A stretch of 64,000 bases of DNA from Cenococcum geophilum (lineage: Eukaryota): contig CP158636.1 of assembly GCA_050273025.1 (NCBI GenBank), forward strand, positions 10,850,001-10,914,000, in the 5' to 3' direction. How positions within the stretch are numbered: the first letter of the stretch is position 1; each line of letters opens with the position of its first letter. The notes under the pieces are model-generated. The model was given only the letters and a program-made list of their open reading frames with translations. It had not been told where the DNA came from and did not search any database. Shown in pieces: positions 38,801 to 52,300 of this stretch. The position numbers were made by a program, and so were the translations under genes.

Positions 38801-41800
38801 GAGCAGGTTATAAAATTAAGGTTAAGGTAATTAAACATCTTATAAAGTACTACTACTACTGCTAAATGAACTAGAAGTCCCCTAGCCGATTTAAGTTTAC
38901 TCTTAAAGATAACTATAACTTTAACTTCTATATTATTATGGATGTTATATATCTTAGCGGCAAGCCAGTACTCTAAGTTATTAACTTCTTAACCTCCTTC
39001 TAAGCCGCACGCTTTTTAAAAGATATATTAGCTAGGAATATATAGGATACTCTTTAATTATACTGGATTAATGTCTACCTAGGACCCCCTAATTAAATCA
39101 TTTATAATATAGAAAAGAACTTCTTATCTATGGAGTTTTAATAATAGGTAAAGGCAATAATAATTAAGGTTAAGGAAGTCCCTATTAAGGTATATAATAG
39201 TATTAGAAAAGTAGAATAATATTATACGCTATTACGCCGCGTATATAAGATTATTTCTTTAGAACTAGAGGGTGCTAGTAAAGAGCTTATCCTATAGATG
39301 GCTGTTAAGGCTATTAACGATACCGCTGGCCTAGATAGGCTTGTACCTACGTTACTAGTCTTTGGCGCCTACCCTTGAATAACTAATAATTTTCTACTAT
39401 CTCCCTCTATTACGTAATAAGCTGAGGCTATTTATAAGGCAATGAAGGAGGTGTAATGTCTCTACGCCACGCGCTAGGTTAACGACGCACTAGGAATAAG
39501 AAATAGCCTAAATACCTTAACTACGCTTAATCTGCCACTCTAATTGGAGGTACGCGTATAGTATAAAAAGGGAGAATAGTTAGGCCTATATAAACTTATT
39601 GCAATTAATGGTTAAACTTATACTCTTTAGATGCCCTATAGACCCACTTAATTCCACTTAACTATTATTAAGCCCTATTATAGGGATAATAGCTCCGAGC
39701 CTTTATAGGATGCCCTAGAGGATACCCTAGAGGAGAACTATAATTAACGTGCTCTAGAAGGCGAAGGCGATTCTAATATAATTATAGTAGATATACCATA
39801 ACTATGACGCGGTAGAGGTCGCCTAAAGGGATTATAAAATTGCTAACATCTTATTAATTTTAAAGAGCAATTTATTACCGCTATTAAGAATAGAGATAAA
39901 CTATTAATAGCCTTTATAATAGTTAAAGAGAAGGCTGACTTTAAACTTGTAAAACAGCTCTAAAAAAAAGGCCACATTATAACTTTAGGAGCTCCTTTTT
40001 AAGCATCTAATAAGTAGGAGATCGACGGTCTTATTATAAGAGGAGTCTTTAAATTTAAGAAATATGACCCTACTAAGTTTAATAGAGTCCGTATATTTAA
40101 GTTAAAAATAGTTAATAAGATTAAAGGCAAAGCTACCAATACCCTATTTAAGAAGTTAAGGCTAGTTATTTAAGGTTATAATAATAATAGTAAGGAAGTA
40201 ATTCTTACGTAATCCCCTATAATTTAACGAGCTAGTTAATAAGTTATTATTACGCTAGCTCCCTCCTTAATAAAGAATAGGATGGCGGTTTACTTATAAG
40301 ATATTACTTAGGCCTATACCTAATTAGAGACGCGCCTTTAGCGCTTAATATTAGTATACCTTTTAGAGCAAATTTGCCACTAATATCCCGAGGATATAAT
40401 TATGGTTATACTTAAGCCATTATATAGAATCGCAGAGGCAGGAACTTATTGGTGGGCTACCTATAGTAAGCACCATAAGGAGAAGCTTTTAATGACTACT
40501 TCTATATTTAATCCCTGCTTCCTTATTATAACTATAGGAACTCTATTTGGAATTATCAGCATGTAAACGGACGATATAATTATCTTAGGAGATAACCAAT
40601 TCTTAGCTCTTAAAGAAGATGAGCTAGTAAAGGTAAACCTTATAGCAAAGCTAAAGGAAAGACTTAACTTAGTAATACTATTACTCTTTAATAGATATAT
40701 CCTCTCCCTAAATAAGGGCTCCATTGCTCTACGCCAGAAGGGTTAAGGTAAGAAGATTAACGTTATTAATGTTAATTCTCTAAAGTAAGGATACGTAGAG
40801 TAACGCGCTTGCGGAGCTTATATGGCTTCTATCTGTTAACCTAAGGCTTTCTTTAATCTCTCTGTTGCCGCTTAATACTAGGAACTAACTAAGGATAACG
40901 TTTTTGCCCTAAATAAGCGTCTTTTCTGGTAAATAAACCATCTTAATAGGGGACTACTTTATGTGCCTATTAACCTTCCTACCGCTAAGCTCTTTGTATT
41001 TATTAATGGATTATTTATAAATAATAAAGATTTTAGCTCCTAGCTAGGATATAAGATTATTATTGCGAATAAATCTACCGGAGAGAATAACTTTATAATC
41101 TACGGTAACCTTATCTATTAGAGCTTAACTAAAAGTAAGTACGTTACTTAAAGCGTTCTAGCGTTAGAGATATATGGAATAGTTGGCGGAGTTGATATAG
41201 CAATTATAATTGGAACTACCCTTAAGATAATTATAGACCGGCTTGAACTTCCTACTATCCCTACAATTATATACACCAACTTATATTCCCTTTATAAGTG
41301 TTTAGTTAAGCTTAGTACTATAAAGGAGAAGCGTCTTATAATCGATATTATGGCACTTTAGCAGTCCTATAAGCGTTAAAAACTCTTTAAGATCTAATAG
41401 ATTAATGGCTAAAATAACCCAGTAGATATAATGACGAAGGCAAACCTAAATAAGGCACTAGAGACGTTTGTTAATATAAATACTCTATATATATAAGTTA
41501 AAGGTTAGATTAAGAGGGAAATTTAGAGAAGTTAAAATCTTATAGAACTTTAACCGCCGGTTAAAGTTGTCTAATTAGTTAGATCCTTACTAAAAGCGCC
41601 ACGCCTAATTAATTTAGGTGGCGGTATAAACTTCTATTAACTAATTAGGATTTTCTATACCCGGTATAGAAAATCGCTATTAGCTCGCTTACTACTAGCG
41701 TCTTAGCGGCCTACCTGTCTTCGTATTATCTACTAAATTCTACTAACTACCGTATTGTTATATATCGTCTAGTTTTATTATATATTGTCTAGTTTTGTTA

Positions 41801-42061
41801 TATATTATCTAGTATTGTTATATACTATCTGTTTATATATATATATATAGCAACTATAAAAAGAAGAGTTGCCAGTATTAGGAATAAGGCAAGTTGCCGT
41901 TATATGAAGCATATTGCCGTCACGTATCGACGTGGCCCTAGCGTAGTAAGGAACCTTAAGTTCCTTACCCCTTTCCTTATTCCTATCAATAAGAATCAAC
42001 CAACATCACTATAACCCTACTCGAGTAGTCGTTATTGGTAAGTCACCCTATGTTTCCAATA
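35807..42061 (+). mobile_element. Full-length Copia/Ty1-order LTR retrotransposon (6255 bp), RIP-inactivated, nested in Gypsy A
   Basis: 186-bp LTRs 35807-35992 and 41876-42061; TSD ATTAG. Domain order gag - protease (PDTRAAG about 38355) - integrase (about 38750-39380) - RT (DIT*AYT, KPLY.IAEAG..WW, *TDD about 40570) - RNase H. Confidence 0.92.
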
Positions 42062-45000
42062 ATTAGGAATCCTATTAAGTTCTTATAATCCGTCTTAACT
42101 ATAAATAGTTTTTCTATACCTTATAAGAATGCTCTCTATTTCTTTAATATTATAACTATACCTAATAACTCCTTATTATAGATGTTATAGTTTAACTTTA
42201 GTAGTATTATCTTCTGACTGTAATATATTACTGGGTGCTATCTATCCTAATGCCTTTATATAAAGCACGCCCCTAGTATATAGTCTAATGCATCTATTTT
42301 TATAACTGTTTTTAGTCCTAGCTAATAGATCTTAAGAACTAGTTCCTAGGTAAATAACTCTTTAACTTTCTTAAAGAGTTCCCTTTGTTCCTTTCCCTAT
42401 GCCTATAATTCTTCTTTCTTTATTAATTACGTAAACGGCTTAATGTCCTTTAACCATTGTACTATAAACCTTCTATAGTAATTACAAAACCCTAAGAATA
42501 ATCTTAACTACGTAACGTTCTCTAGTTCTTGCTAATTTACTATAGCCTTAATCTTCTTTAGATCTATACTGAGTTAGCCTAGTTTAATAATAAATCTAAC
42601 AAAATTGGTTTTCCTAGTAAAGAACTTGTATTTCTTAATTACTACTAGCATCTGTTCTTCTTATAGTCTCTTTAAGACCCATTTAACGTGTTCCCCGTAT
42701 TCTTCCTTAGTTATTAAGTAGATAATGATATTATTAAGGTATACTATAATAAATTCATCTAAGTATTCTCTTAATATATTATTAATACACTTTTAGAACA
42801 TTACTAGTGCATTTATAAGCCTAAATTGTATAACTAATAGCTTATATAGTCCTTCCTTTAACCTAAAGGCTACCTTCTATTTATTACCTTCCTTAATTTT
42901 AATCTAATGGTACGCCTATCTTAGATCTATCTTTATAAAGATTTGCGCATTGCCTATTCTATCTTAAATTTCGCTAATTAAGAGTAAAGGATACCTATCC
43001 TTTCTGGTAATGCTGTTTAATTATCTATAATCGATACACAGCCTTAGTTTGCCATTCTTCTTTAGTACGAATAGTACTAGATAACCCGCTAATAACTGCG
43101 ATAGTCTAATGTATCCCTTTTATAAGTTTTCCTAAACAAACTCTTTTAATACTCTACCTTCTTCTTTAGTAAGCTTATAGATTGGAAAAAACTTTAGACT
43201 TATTCCTAACTCTAATTCTATCTTATAGTCCTACGCTATATACTCTAATAGCTTTTTACTTTCTAGTGACCATAGTTTTTTACCATACTTATGGTATCTC
43301 TTTAGTATATAACTTAAGCCTCGCTTAGTCTCCTCGTATATCACTCCAACTTAGTACTATACTATCTTAGCTTATTATTACATTTTGCGTTATTAAGTAT
43401 CCCTAATATTAACCTAACCTATAATCTAATTAATCTTTAGATTATATTCCTATAACCAAGGTATACCTAATACTGCCTCATCCCGTCCTAATAGTAGGAT
43501 ATTAAAAGATATCTTAATTTATCTTCCTTTAATAGTTATCTAAATAGGTCCTGTTTTAAGATTAATAATCCCTCCTCTATAGGTTATTAGATCTCCTAAA
43601 ATTGTTACTAATAGGTAAGGTTCCTTCTTTTATCTATAAGGTAATCCCATCCTTTTAACTGCTGCTAGCGAAATATAGTTCCTTATTACTCCACTATCTA
43701 TTAATGCCTTAAACTATTAATCTTGCCACTTTACTTATAAATTTAGGTGTTGTTCTTAAATTCCTTTAAGGGTCTAAGGCTCTACTACTAGCTCCCTCTA
43801 GTCCTATAGGCCTCCACTTTTCCTAACTATTAGCTACTTAATTCTTATATACTTAGCTTACTCTTTAGCTAATGCCTAGTTCGCTTTTTATCTTTAATAT
43901 ACCATAGACACGTATTCTCTAGGCATTCCCACTACTATTATCCGTCTAAGCATTTTTCCGTAAGGAATTTTTCTGGTTAAAGTACTAAGCTTCCTTCCTC
44001 TTAAACTTCTACTAGATGCCATCTATATATATATTTAGCATTCCTATACTATCGCTTGTCTATTATCTAGTATATCCTTATAAGGTATTTCTAATTCTTT
44101 TCCTTTAAATTCTTATACATTTTATATATGTCGTCTATATACGCAATCTATAATAACGTGTAGTGTGCTAGGTACTTTAGGTTAACTCTTAACTCGTCTT
44201 TATCCTTAAGTTTAAACCTTTATTATGCTAATATAAATGTTATAACTTTGTTTATAGGTACTAAGATACGTCTCTCGCTTCTCTAGTTCTCTAATTATTC
44301 CTCTAGATCCTTTAACATTATAATTAAGGCTCCTTTAATATGTGTTATAGCCTTTTCTATAATTAGGTAGTCCTAAATAACTTTCTTATCTAACTATATA
44401 TAGAAATCTTCCCACTTATCATTGTGCCTTTATCTATACTACTTTTAGTATAGCTGCTAGAGTGTATATAGTCTGTCCGTAAGGAAGTATCTTCTTATTA
44501 CTATATTATAACAGCCCTTTATATATTATTCTTTAAACCTAGTTAGAATTTCTAGATCCTCTTCTTCTTCTAGTTTAGTAAGCCACTTAGCTTTTAGTGT
44601 GCCTGCCCTAGGCCTATTAGTAATTATTTGTACTAGTGCTCTATCCTTTATACGTCCTAATATACTAGATCTCTTATCTAGTTTCTGTTCTTACTATACG
44701 ATAATTCTTTATCTAAACTCTTCTATAGTTTTTTTTAGTTTATATCTTACGCTTAAATCCTTAAAGTTCTCTTACTTCTTAATCTTAATATTAACTTTTT
44801 AATCTTTAGTCCGAACACTGTGTTTTACTAATAAGTCCTTTAGGTTTATATATTTATCTCCTAGTCTAATTGCTGTTTGTACTGTAGATTCTCTAATCTA
44901 TAAAGAAGCTCCTTGCTTCTTACTTATAGGTGTTCTAATTTATACTCTAAATTCTTAGTCCCTTAAATTCTTTAATCCTAAGCTTACTTCTAACTTAAGC

Positions 45001-48000
45001 TTAGCTCCTGCCTTAGTCTAACTAGGCTTATTTAGTGTTCTTATCTTATTTTAAGAGTCTTAAATCTTACTTATCTCGTCTTAAAAGTCTTATATCTATG
45101 GGAAACTTCGTCCTAAGCTTATTTATATGTTACTAAACTAAGCTACTACTCTACTTTATTAGTTTTCGTCCGTTATAGGTCCTTAAGCTTACCTTATCTC
45201 GTTTTAAGAATCTTAGTCGTCTTTTATCTTATCTTAAGAATCTTAAGCCTTTAGTCTTTTACCTTTATTAAGTGCCGAAGTGGTTTGCTGTCTTACTTCT
45301 CTTATATCTCGCAAAGCGATAGATATTATATCTAGTGGGGTCTTAATCCCTACTAATATTCCCTATTCTATAGTGGAATTATCCTTTACCTCTGGTATAA
45401 CATCTTTAAGGTCTGCTTGCTTCTAGTAAGCGGCCCTTATTGCCTTATTGTTATGGAATATTTCACCTATATTAAATTTATTATCCTTAATGTCTAATCT
45501 ACGAACTGGTTTATTGGTTCCTCTATATCCTATAGGTGCTAGCTCCTATAGCTAATAGCTTACGCCATACTTAGCATCCTTATAAATTCGGTATACGTTG
45601 TTATAACAAAACGCAAAGCTTTTAATTAAATATTCTTTTATTCCTTGCAGCACATTGTCGTCCCTCTATACGTATATATTGTCTACTAGTCTCGTGCCCT
45701 TTACTATATAGTAACTTTGCCCACTTCTATAGTCTCTAATATAATAACCCTATTTTCCGTAATTTATATAAGCTCCTTCTTTAAACCATTTTTCTTACTA
45801 TAGAGTCCGCCTAAATATCTTCTGCTGCTAAGATCCTTAATTTAGCCTCTGCTCCTTAGACTTTTAATTACTTAATCCTTATCCTTTAGGTTTTTACGGT
45901 TTTTTGCTCTATCTTTTATGGGCTTCTTTAGTACTACTTAGGTCTATTAGCTCTGCGCTATACTATAGTTTCTAACTTAGCTTTTATTGTTGCGTGTTTT
46001 GCGCCTTATATAACTATAGAACTCTATCCTAGCCTTTTTTAGCCTATTCCCTTTAGTAGATCTGATTGTTAATCTTAATTACTTAATTTATTAGTTCCCT
46101 TAGGGTGTCTGTATCTTCCATTAGGATAATTATATCCTAGACTTTAGCCTTAAGTCCCTGTTTATACTGTGCTATAAGCGCCCTATTATTCTACTCTATT
46201 TATATTACTAACGTCTAGAACTACGTTATATACTTAATTACTAAGGTTCGTTGCGTAATGTCTTAGAGTTTTCTTTCTGCCGTAGTTGTTGCCTTTAGGT
46301 CTCTGAATATTTGTATAAGTCGTTCTATAAATCTATTCTAGCTTAAGAATATAAACCGTACCTCTTAGTTAATAGTTATTATGCCGTTCGCTTATATCTC
46401 TGTAAGGTAAGGCTTAAACTATTTAAGTGCTCTTCCTGTTAAGAATAGTCCTGTATAGGCTATTTGATCCATAGGTATTACCAGCTTTGCTCCTTCCTGT
46501 GCTACCTTAAAGTGCATTTATATAAGGAATCCTTTAAGCTTCGATCTCTCTCCTAAGTATCTTTTAATTAATAGTAACTTAACCTTTGCTGCGCCTATCC
46601 CGTTAATCCTATTTTCTAACGTTATATTATTCTCTATTAACTAGTTAACTATCTCCTGTAGTTGTCCGACCGTTATAGGTTGCTATGAGTTAGTGTTTGC
46701 TATACTAGTGTTGTTACCTGATCTTGATGTAGTTGCCGCCGTCGATAGCGTTGTAGTGGCTGCTTTTAGTGGCATGTTATCTGACTTCTTATATTAATAC
46801 TGTAACTAGGTAGTAATTGTGTAACGGAACCTTGTAGTAAGAACTACGGTGGGTCCTGTTATTAGGCTAGGTGTGTAAGAAATGCAAGTATAAGAGTTAA
46901 CAACGTAATAATAACTTAGTGGAGTGGTTGCCTAACAGATTAACTCTAATTATATTCTAAGAATTACTATAAGGAAGGAACTATCTAGGTAGGGACTAAG
47001 GGTCCTTAAATACATAACCGTACTCCTATAAAATCCTTCTTATATATAATATACGTCTTATACATAAGGTACGTAAGTTCCTTTTATTTCTCTCGTTTAA
47101 TACGTAGCATATTATATAACCTCGGCTACTATTCCTCGTTATATAGTTCTACCGGCTCTATTCTGGACCGTGCCTGGATTAACTAACTAGCTTCTTCCGT
47201 CTCTTCTCTAAGTAGTCGTAATATTGTACTTAAAGCGTCCGTAACACGAACTGCGTATTTAGGTTGCCCTAAAGTAGTAATTATAATTAAAACTCCTTAG
47301 TAATTAATGTCCATTTTACTACGCTTTAGATATAATATTATATAGTCCTCTGCTAGCGTTATATTATTTCTAGTATATTTTATAGTAGAGAAGGCGTGGC
47401 TATCTTTCTAAGCCTTAGTATAGGTAATCTCGCCTAGATAAAGGAATCCCGTAAAGGCCGTGGTAATAACAGCGTTAAAGTTAAGATCCTTAACAGATTA
47501 GGCATTTGGGGTAACTAATTAGGCGAGGATATCTTTAGTAATTAGTAATCTTTTAGCCGTAATAAAGGGATTTATAGATGTTATACCGTCTAGAATCCTT
47601 TTAATAATAGGATTATTAAAGACGGAGGTGTTATAATTAGCGTTAATATAGTGGGATTAAATTGCGGAGACGTAGGCTTTAACTATAGTAGGCTTAATAC
47701 GGCTTATTCCTAGACTAGTATTACTAAAGATTTATTAGGTAATCTATTCTCCTAGGTAGTAGAGGGGCGCTAAGTACTTTACCGCTCTATAAAGGTTATA
47801 GTAGCCCTCCTAACTCTTAATTACGGGATAGTATAAATCTCTTGTTCTATTAGAGAGGCTATACTATAATAGTTGGCCAAAGTATTCTAAGGGGGCTTTT
47901 ACCTTAATCTAGAAATTAGGTAGGGGGTCTTTAAGAGGGACTAGGTCTTCTATTTTAGCGTTAGATTAAATATAATAAAGAAGTATATAGTAATGGTAAA

Positions 48001-49395
48001 TTAGAAGTATCCTAATGTGGGTATAGTAATAATACCCTATTGTAATTAAAATGAGATAAAGTATTAGCTAGCCCGTTTTCTATAAAGGAAACCTACTCTA
48101 TATAAAGCGTAATATTATAGGCTGCGGCTAGTTAGAGGATCTTATAGAGTAGGTAATTACTTAGTTCTTTTACTACTATATTTTAGAATCCTAAGAGTGC
48201 TACTGTGTTATCTATATAGATATAGACTAAGCTATACTCCTACTATATTACCTAAAGCTAGAATAAGGTTGTAATTGCTTAGACCTCCCACTTATTAATT
48301 AGGGCAAGGCGGTGTTCTGCATTAGGGTAGCAGCTTAAAGAATTATCTTAGGGTAGAGATACCGAATAGGGCGGCTATATTATCCCTTAAGAATCCTTAA
48401 GGAAGAAGAAGGCCCTATAATTAAAAATCCTAGATATATCTGAGAAGAGATAAAATTATTTTTAATCTATATTGTTAAAGAAGAGGATACTATTTAAAAG
48501 GGTAAGAGTATCCCTCTACTATAATAAGTCTTGGCGAAGTTTAGCTGTTAGCCGTTAGTAAGGATAACTACTTATATTTATAAAAGTGGAGATAAACTCC
48601 TAGATAGAGCGGTTATATAAACGCCTAAGCCTAATTACCTGGGCGCTCTAAGTAAGTTTATTAGCCAGTTTTTAACTCTAAACTAGCGTTAGGGATCTAC
48701 CACTTAACGCTTTATTAATCTCCTTAATTATAGTGGCCTATTTTAAAGGAGAAAGACGTAGCTTAGACTTTAGAGTATCTATAATATAACCTAGGACTTT
48801 AGCTATAGTGCCTTTAATATTCTTTAATTTGTTTTATAGGATGCCTAATTTATTACTTAATTAGTTATATACACTAAATAATTAAGGGAGGATAGAAGCG
48901 TTAAAGAGTATAAAAATAAAGTTATCTAAATAGTGCTCTAAGGCGGTATTTAGGATATATTAGATAAGTATCCAGTAAAATCCCTCCGTAAAAAGATTAA
49001 ATAAAAAGGGTGCAGTTTAAAGGCTAAATAAGAGGCAACGTTTAAAATACACTATACCCTTCTAGGAGAACCCTATAAGGCGTTAAGTTTTAATAAAAAG
49101 TAGGATATTCTAAAAGGCGTCCTTAATGTCCCTCTTAATAATTATATAACTACGGCCTATATATATAACGTATTAGAGAACCTAATTAACTATTAAATAT
49201 TATAGTATGGTGAATACTATAGGGATTAAGTTATTAATAGATTGGCTAGATAGTAAGGATAAGTTATAAATATAGTGCTATCCCCTATCCGCTTTAGGTA
49301 CTAAACCTAGTAGTAAGGATATAATAGGAGACGTTGCTATTATAATCCTACTTATATCTAGATTAGCGCTAATCTTTTCTAAAATTAGGACTATA

Positions 49396-52300
49396 TGTTA
49401 GCGACTCAGTTAATTAAGGCACGAGCACGACAAGAGAGACGCGCAAGCCTGTACAATTGGTAGTCTATAAACGAGGATCTAAAGCTAGAGAAAGGAAAGG
49501 AGAAGAAGAGCAGCGCCAGTCGAAGTAGGGTTCTTTTATGCGGTCCTCTAGTTACGTGACCTCAAAGTTCTGCCAAGTTCTGCCAGTCAAGTTCTGCCAA
49601 GTTCTGCCAGTGCCGTAACATTACCCCCCCCTCCACAAAAGCCTGCCCTCAGGCTTTGTATGTCCGTATTATGCCTATAGGGCGTTCCTATCTTTATGCT
49701 CTTCCGGTAGCTTATTATCTTTATTATGCTAGCATTCCATCTATTTGTCTAGGTACTTTAGCGGTCCCGGTTTATTAGGGTAACGGCTATAGAATTCTTA
49801 AAGCTTATAGGGGCTGCTAATAAAGTTTTATATAGGGTACTAGGTAGGATCTAGGTCATAGCCTTTCTAACTAACGCAGTACTTTAGCATTTTCCTTACT
49901 AGCTTACAGGCTAGTATCTCTTTAATTTCCTATTTATTATCGCCACTGACTTAAATTGGTAGGGGGGGTTCGTTCTTTTATCCAGGTAATAGGTCGTTTG
50001 TAGCCTTCCGTAGTTTATCCGGTAAGAAGATAGGGTAAACCTTAATTAAATCTAGGAGCTCTACTTTGTACGAATTGCCTATTTTCTTAAGGACCTTATA
50101 CGGTCCTACCATCTAATAATTAAGCTTATGGCTAGGCCGTTCCGTCTTCCAGTTCTTTATTATAACCCAAACTATATTACCTACGGTAAAGTCGGGCTTA
50201 TGCCTATACTTATTTGCCTACTGTTTTATTAATTTCTAAGCCTTTTTTAGGTTTATATAGGCTACCGTCTAGGCTTCCTCTAAGCGCTTGGCATACTGCT
50301 GGGCTTCCTTATAAGATAGTTTCTCGCGTATAGTCTGTGGTCCTTCTAGCCTATCCTAGTCAAAGCTTATTTAGGGTAGATACCCCATTTCTAGTTAAAT
50401 AGGTGCAAATCCCGTAGAGTCATAGGGTAGGGTTACCTGGGCGTAGTCTATTAGAGGTAGTAGTTCGCCCTAATTATCTTAGAAGTAGTTAATGAAGGGC
50501 CGGAGTCTCTGGTCTAAGTATTAATTTATAATCTCCATCTAACTATCTATCTAGGGGTGGTACGCCGTAGAAAGCTTTAGCCTAATTTTTAGGATCCGGG
50601 TAAACTCGTTCCAGAAAGCTAATATAAACTACGGTCCGCGGTCCGATACAATAGTATCTAGTGGTCTGTAAATTCAGTAGACGTAATAGATATATAGTTG
50701 GGCCGCCTCTTTGGCGTCAATATTCTTATAATAGGGGATTAAGAACGGGCGCTTGCTAAAGCGGTTAACTAGGATTATAACTATATCATATCTATCGCGG
50801 TCTGTAGGCAGCTCGTAAAAGTCTATAGAGATATGCTGCTAGGGGCGTTCTAGTATCGGAAGTAGCTTTAATAGTCCTGGGGTCTTATCTCGCGGAATTA
50901 TAGACCTACGGTAGTTGTTGCAGTTTTATATATAGCGGTTAATGTCTATAACCATTCCGGGCCAGTAATATCGGTCACTAATAATTTTGCGGGTCTTATT
51001 CTTTCTAGAGTGGGCCGTAGAAACCTGGGTATGTGCTTCAGTAATAAGCCAAGTCCGTAAGTTCTATTCCTTTGCTACTACTAGCCGTTCCTAATACTTA
51101 AGTAATCCGTTTTTAAGGGACCATAGGCTAGTAACATTCTTTGCCTTTTTACGGTACTCCTATAGAGAAGGGGCCGTACGGTTTATCTGTAGTAATTTAT
51201 TAATTAAGTTAAGTCCTAAAGGGTTAATAGGATATATCTTGGCGCCTAAGGAGTCTGTATTTAGTTCTATCTATATTCGGGGGTTAAGGTGCTCTAGTCG
51301 TAGTAGTATCTAAGTCCGTAATAAGATCTTTATAGCCGTCTAGTTACCTAGGTCTTATTTACGCCTTATAAGAGCATCCGCACGGTTTATAGCGCCTAGT
51401 CTATATATAATTAAGAAGTAAAATTAAAATAGGATATCCGCCTAGCGTGCCTGCCGGGCTGTAAGGGCCTTAGTTATTATAAAGTATTCTAGGGCCTTAT
51501 AATCTGAAACTACCTTAATAGACTTAGGGGTCCCTTCTAGCTATATACGCCAGTGCTAGAAGCTAGAGATAATAGCTAGCATTTCTTTGTTATGGATATA
51601 GTAGTTTAGTTCGGCATCTATTATAGTCTTTAAATAGTATATAATAGGGTGCTATTCTCCGTCCGGTTGCTTCTGGGAAAAAATACTAGCTATTGCGCCG
51701 TCTAAGGCATTAGTTTCTAACATTAAGGGCCGTTTTAGGTTAAAATAGGCAAGTAGGGGAGCCAATACTAGTCGTTTTTTAAGCTTAGTAAAGGCCTGCA
51801 TATATATAGCGTTAAAGTAGAAGGGCTGGTCTTTCCTAGTAAGGCGGTTAAGAGGCCGGGTGATCCTACTGTAATTCTTAATAAAGCGTCGGTAGAAGTT
51901 ACAGAAACCTAAAAATAATTATACCCCTTTTACGGTCCGTAGGGGTGTCCACTAGTCAATTACAGCCGTTTTTTCTAGGTCGGCCTCAATTCCGTCCGTA
52001 CTAATAATAAAACCTAGGTACTTTATATGCTTAACACTAAATTCTAACTTCTTAATATTGGCCTGGAGGCTAGCTTCCTGGAGCCGTTATAGGACTTTAT
52101 AGACATACTCCTAATGCTCCAATTTATTCTCGGAGTAGATTATAATATTATTTAGGTAGGCTATACAGAAGTTATTAAGGTAGTTAAATAGTATGTCATT
52201 TATATACCGCTGATATATAGCCGGTCCGTTAGTTAGCCTAAAAGGAAGTACTTTATATTTATATGTTCTATAACGGGTCCGAAATGTAGTAAGATTCTCT

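Larger units (their letters stand above)
32003..47246 (-). mobile_element. Gypsy/Ty3 chromovirus-type LTR retrotransposon A (about 7.9 kb without nested inserts), RIP-inactivated, inserted in the Ngaro YR gene
   Basis: 427-bp LTRs 32003-32429 and 46820-47246; TSD CGAAC; PPT next to the left LTR. gag from about 46775, protease LIDSG about 43700, RT KKNGKLRLCIDY about 43050, RNase H, integrase about 35500-33700, chromodomain-like VKWIGY about 33240. Confidence 0.92.

Noticed and set aside
31600..47960. Tyrosine recombinase as a Starship captain or Crypton
   Set aside because: The YR lies downstream of RT/RNase H inside split direct repeats, which fits Ngaro instead.
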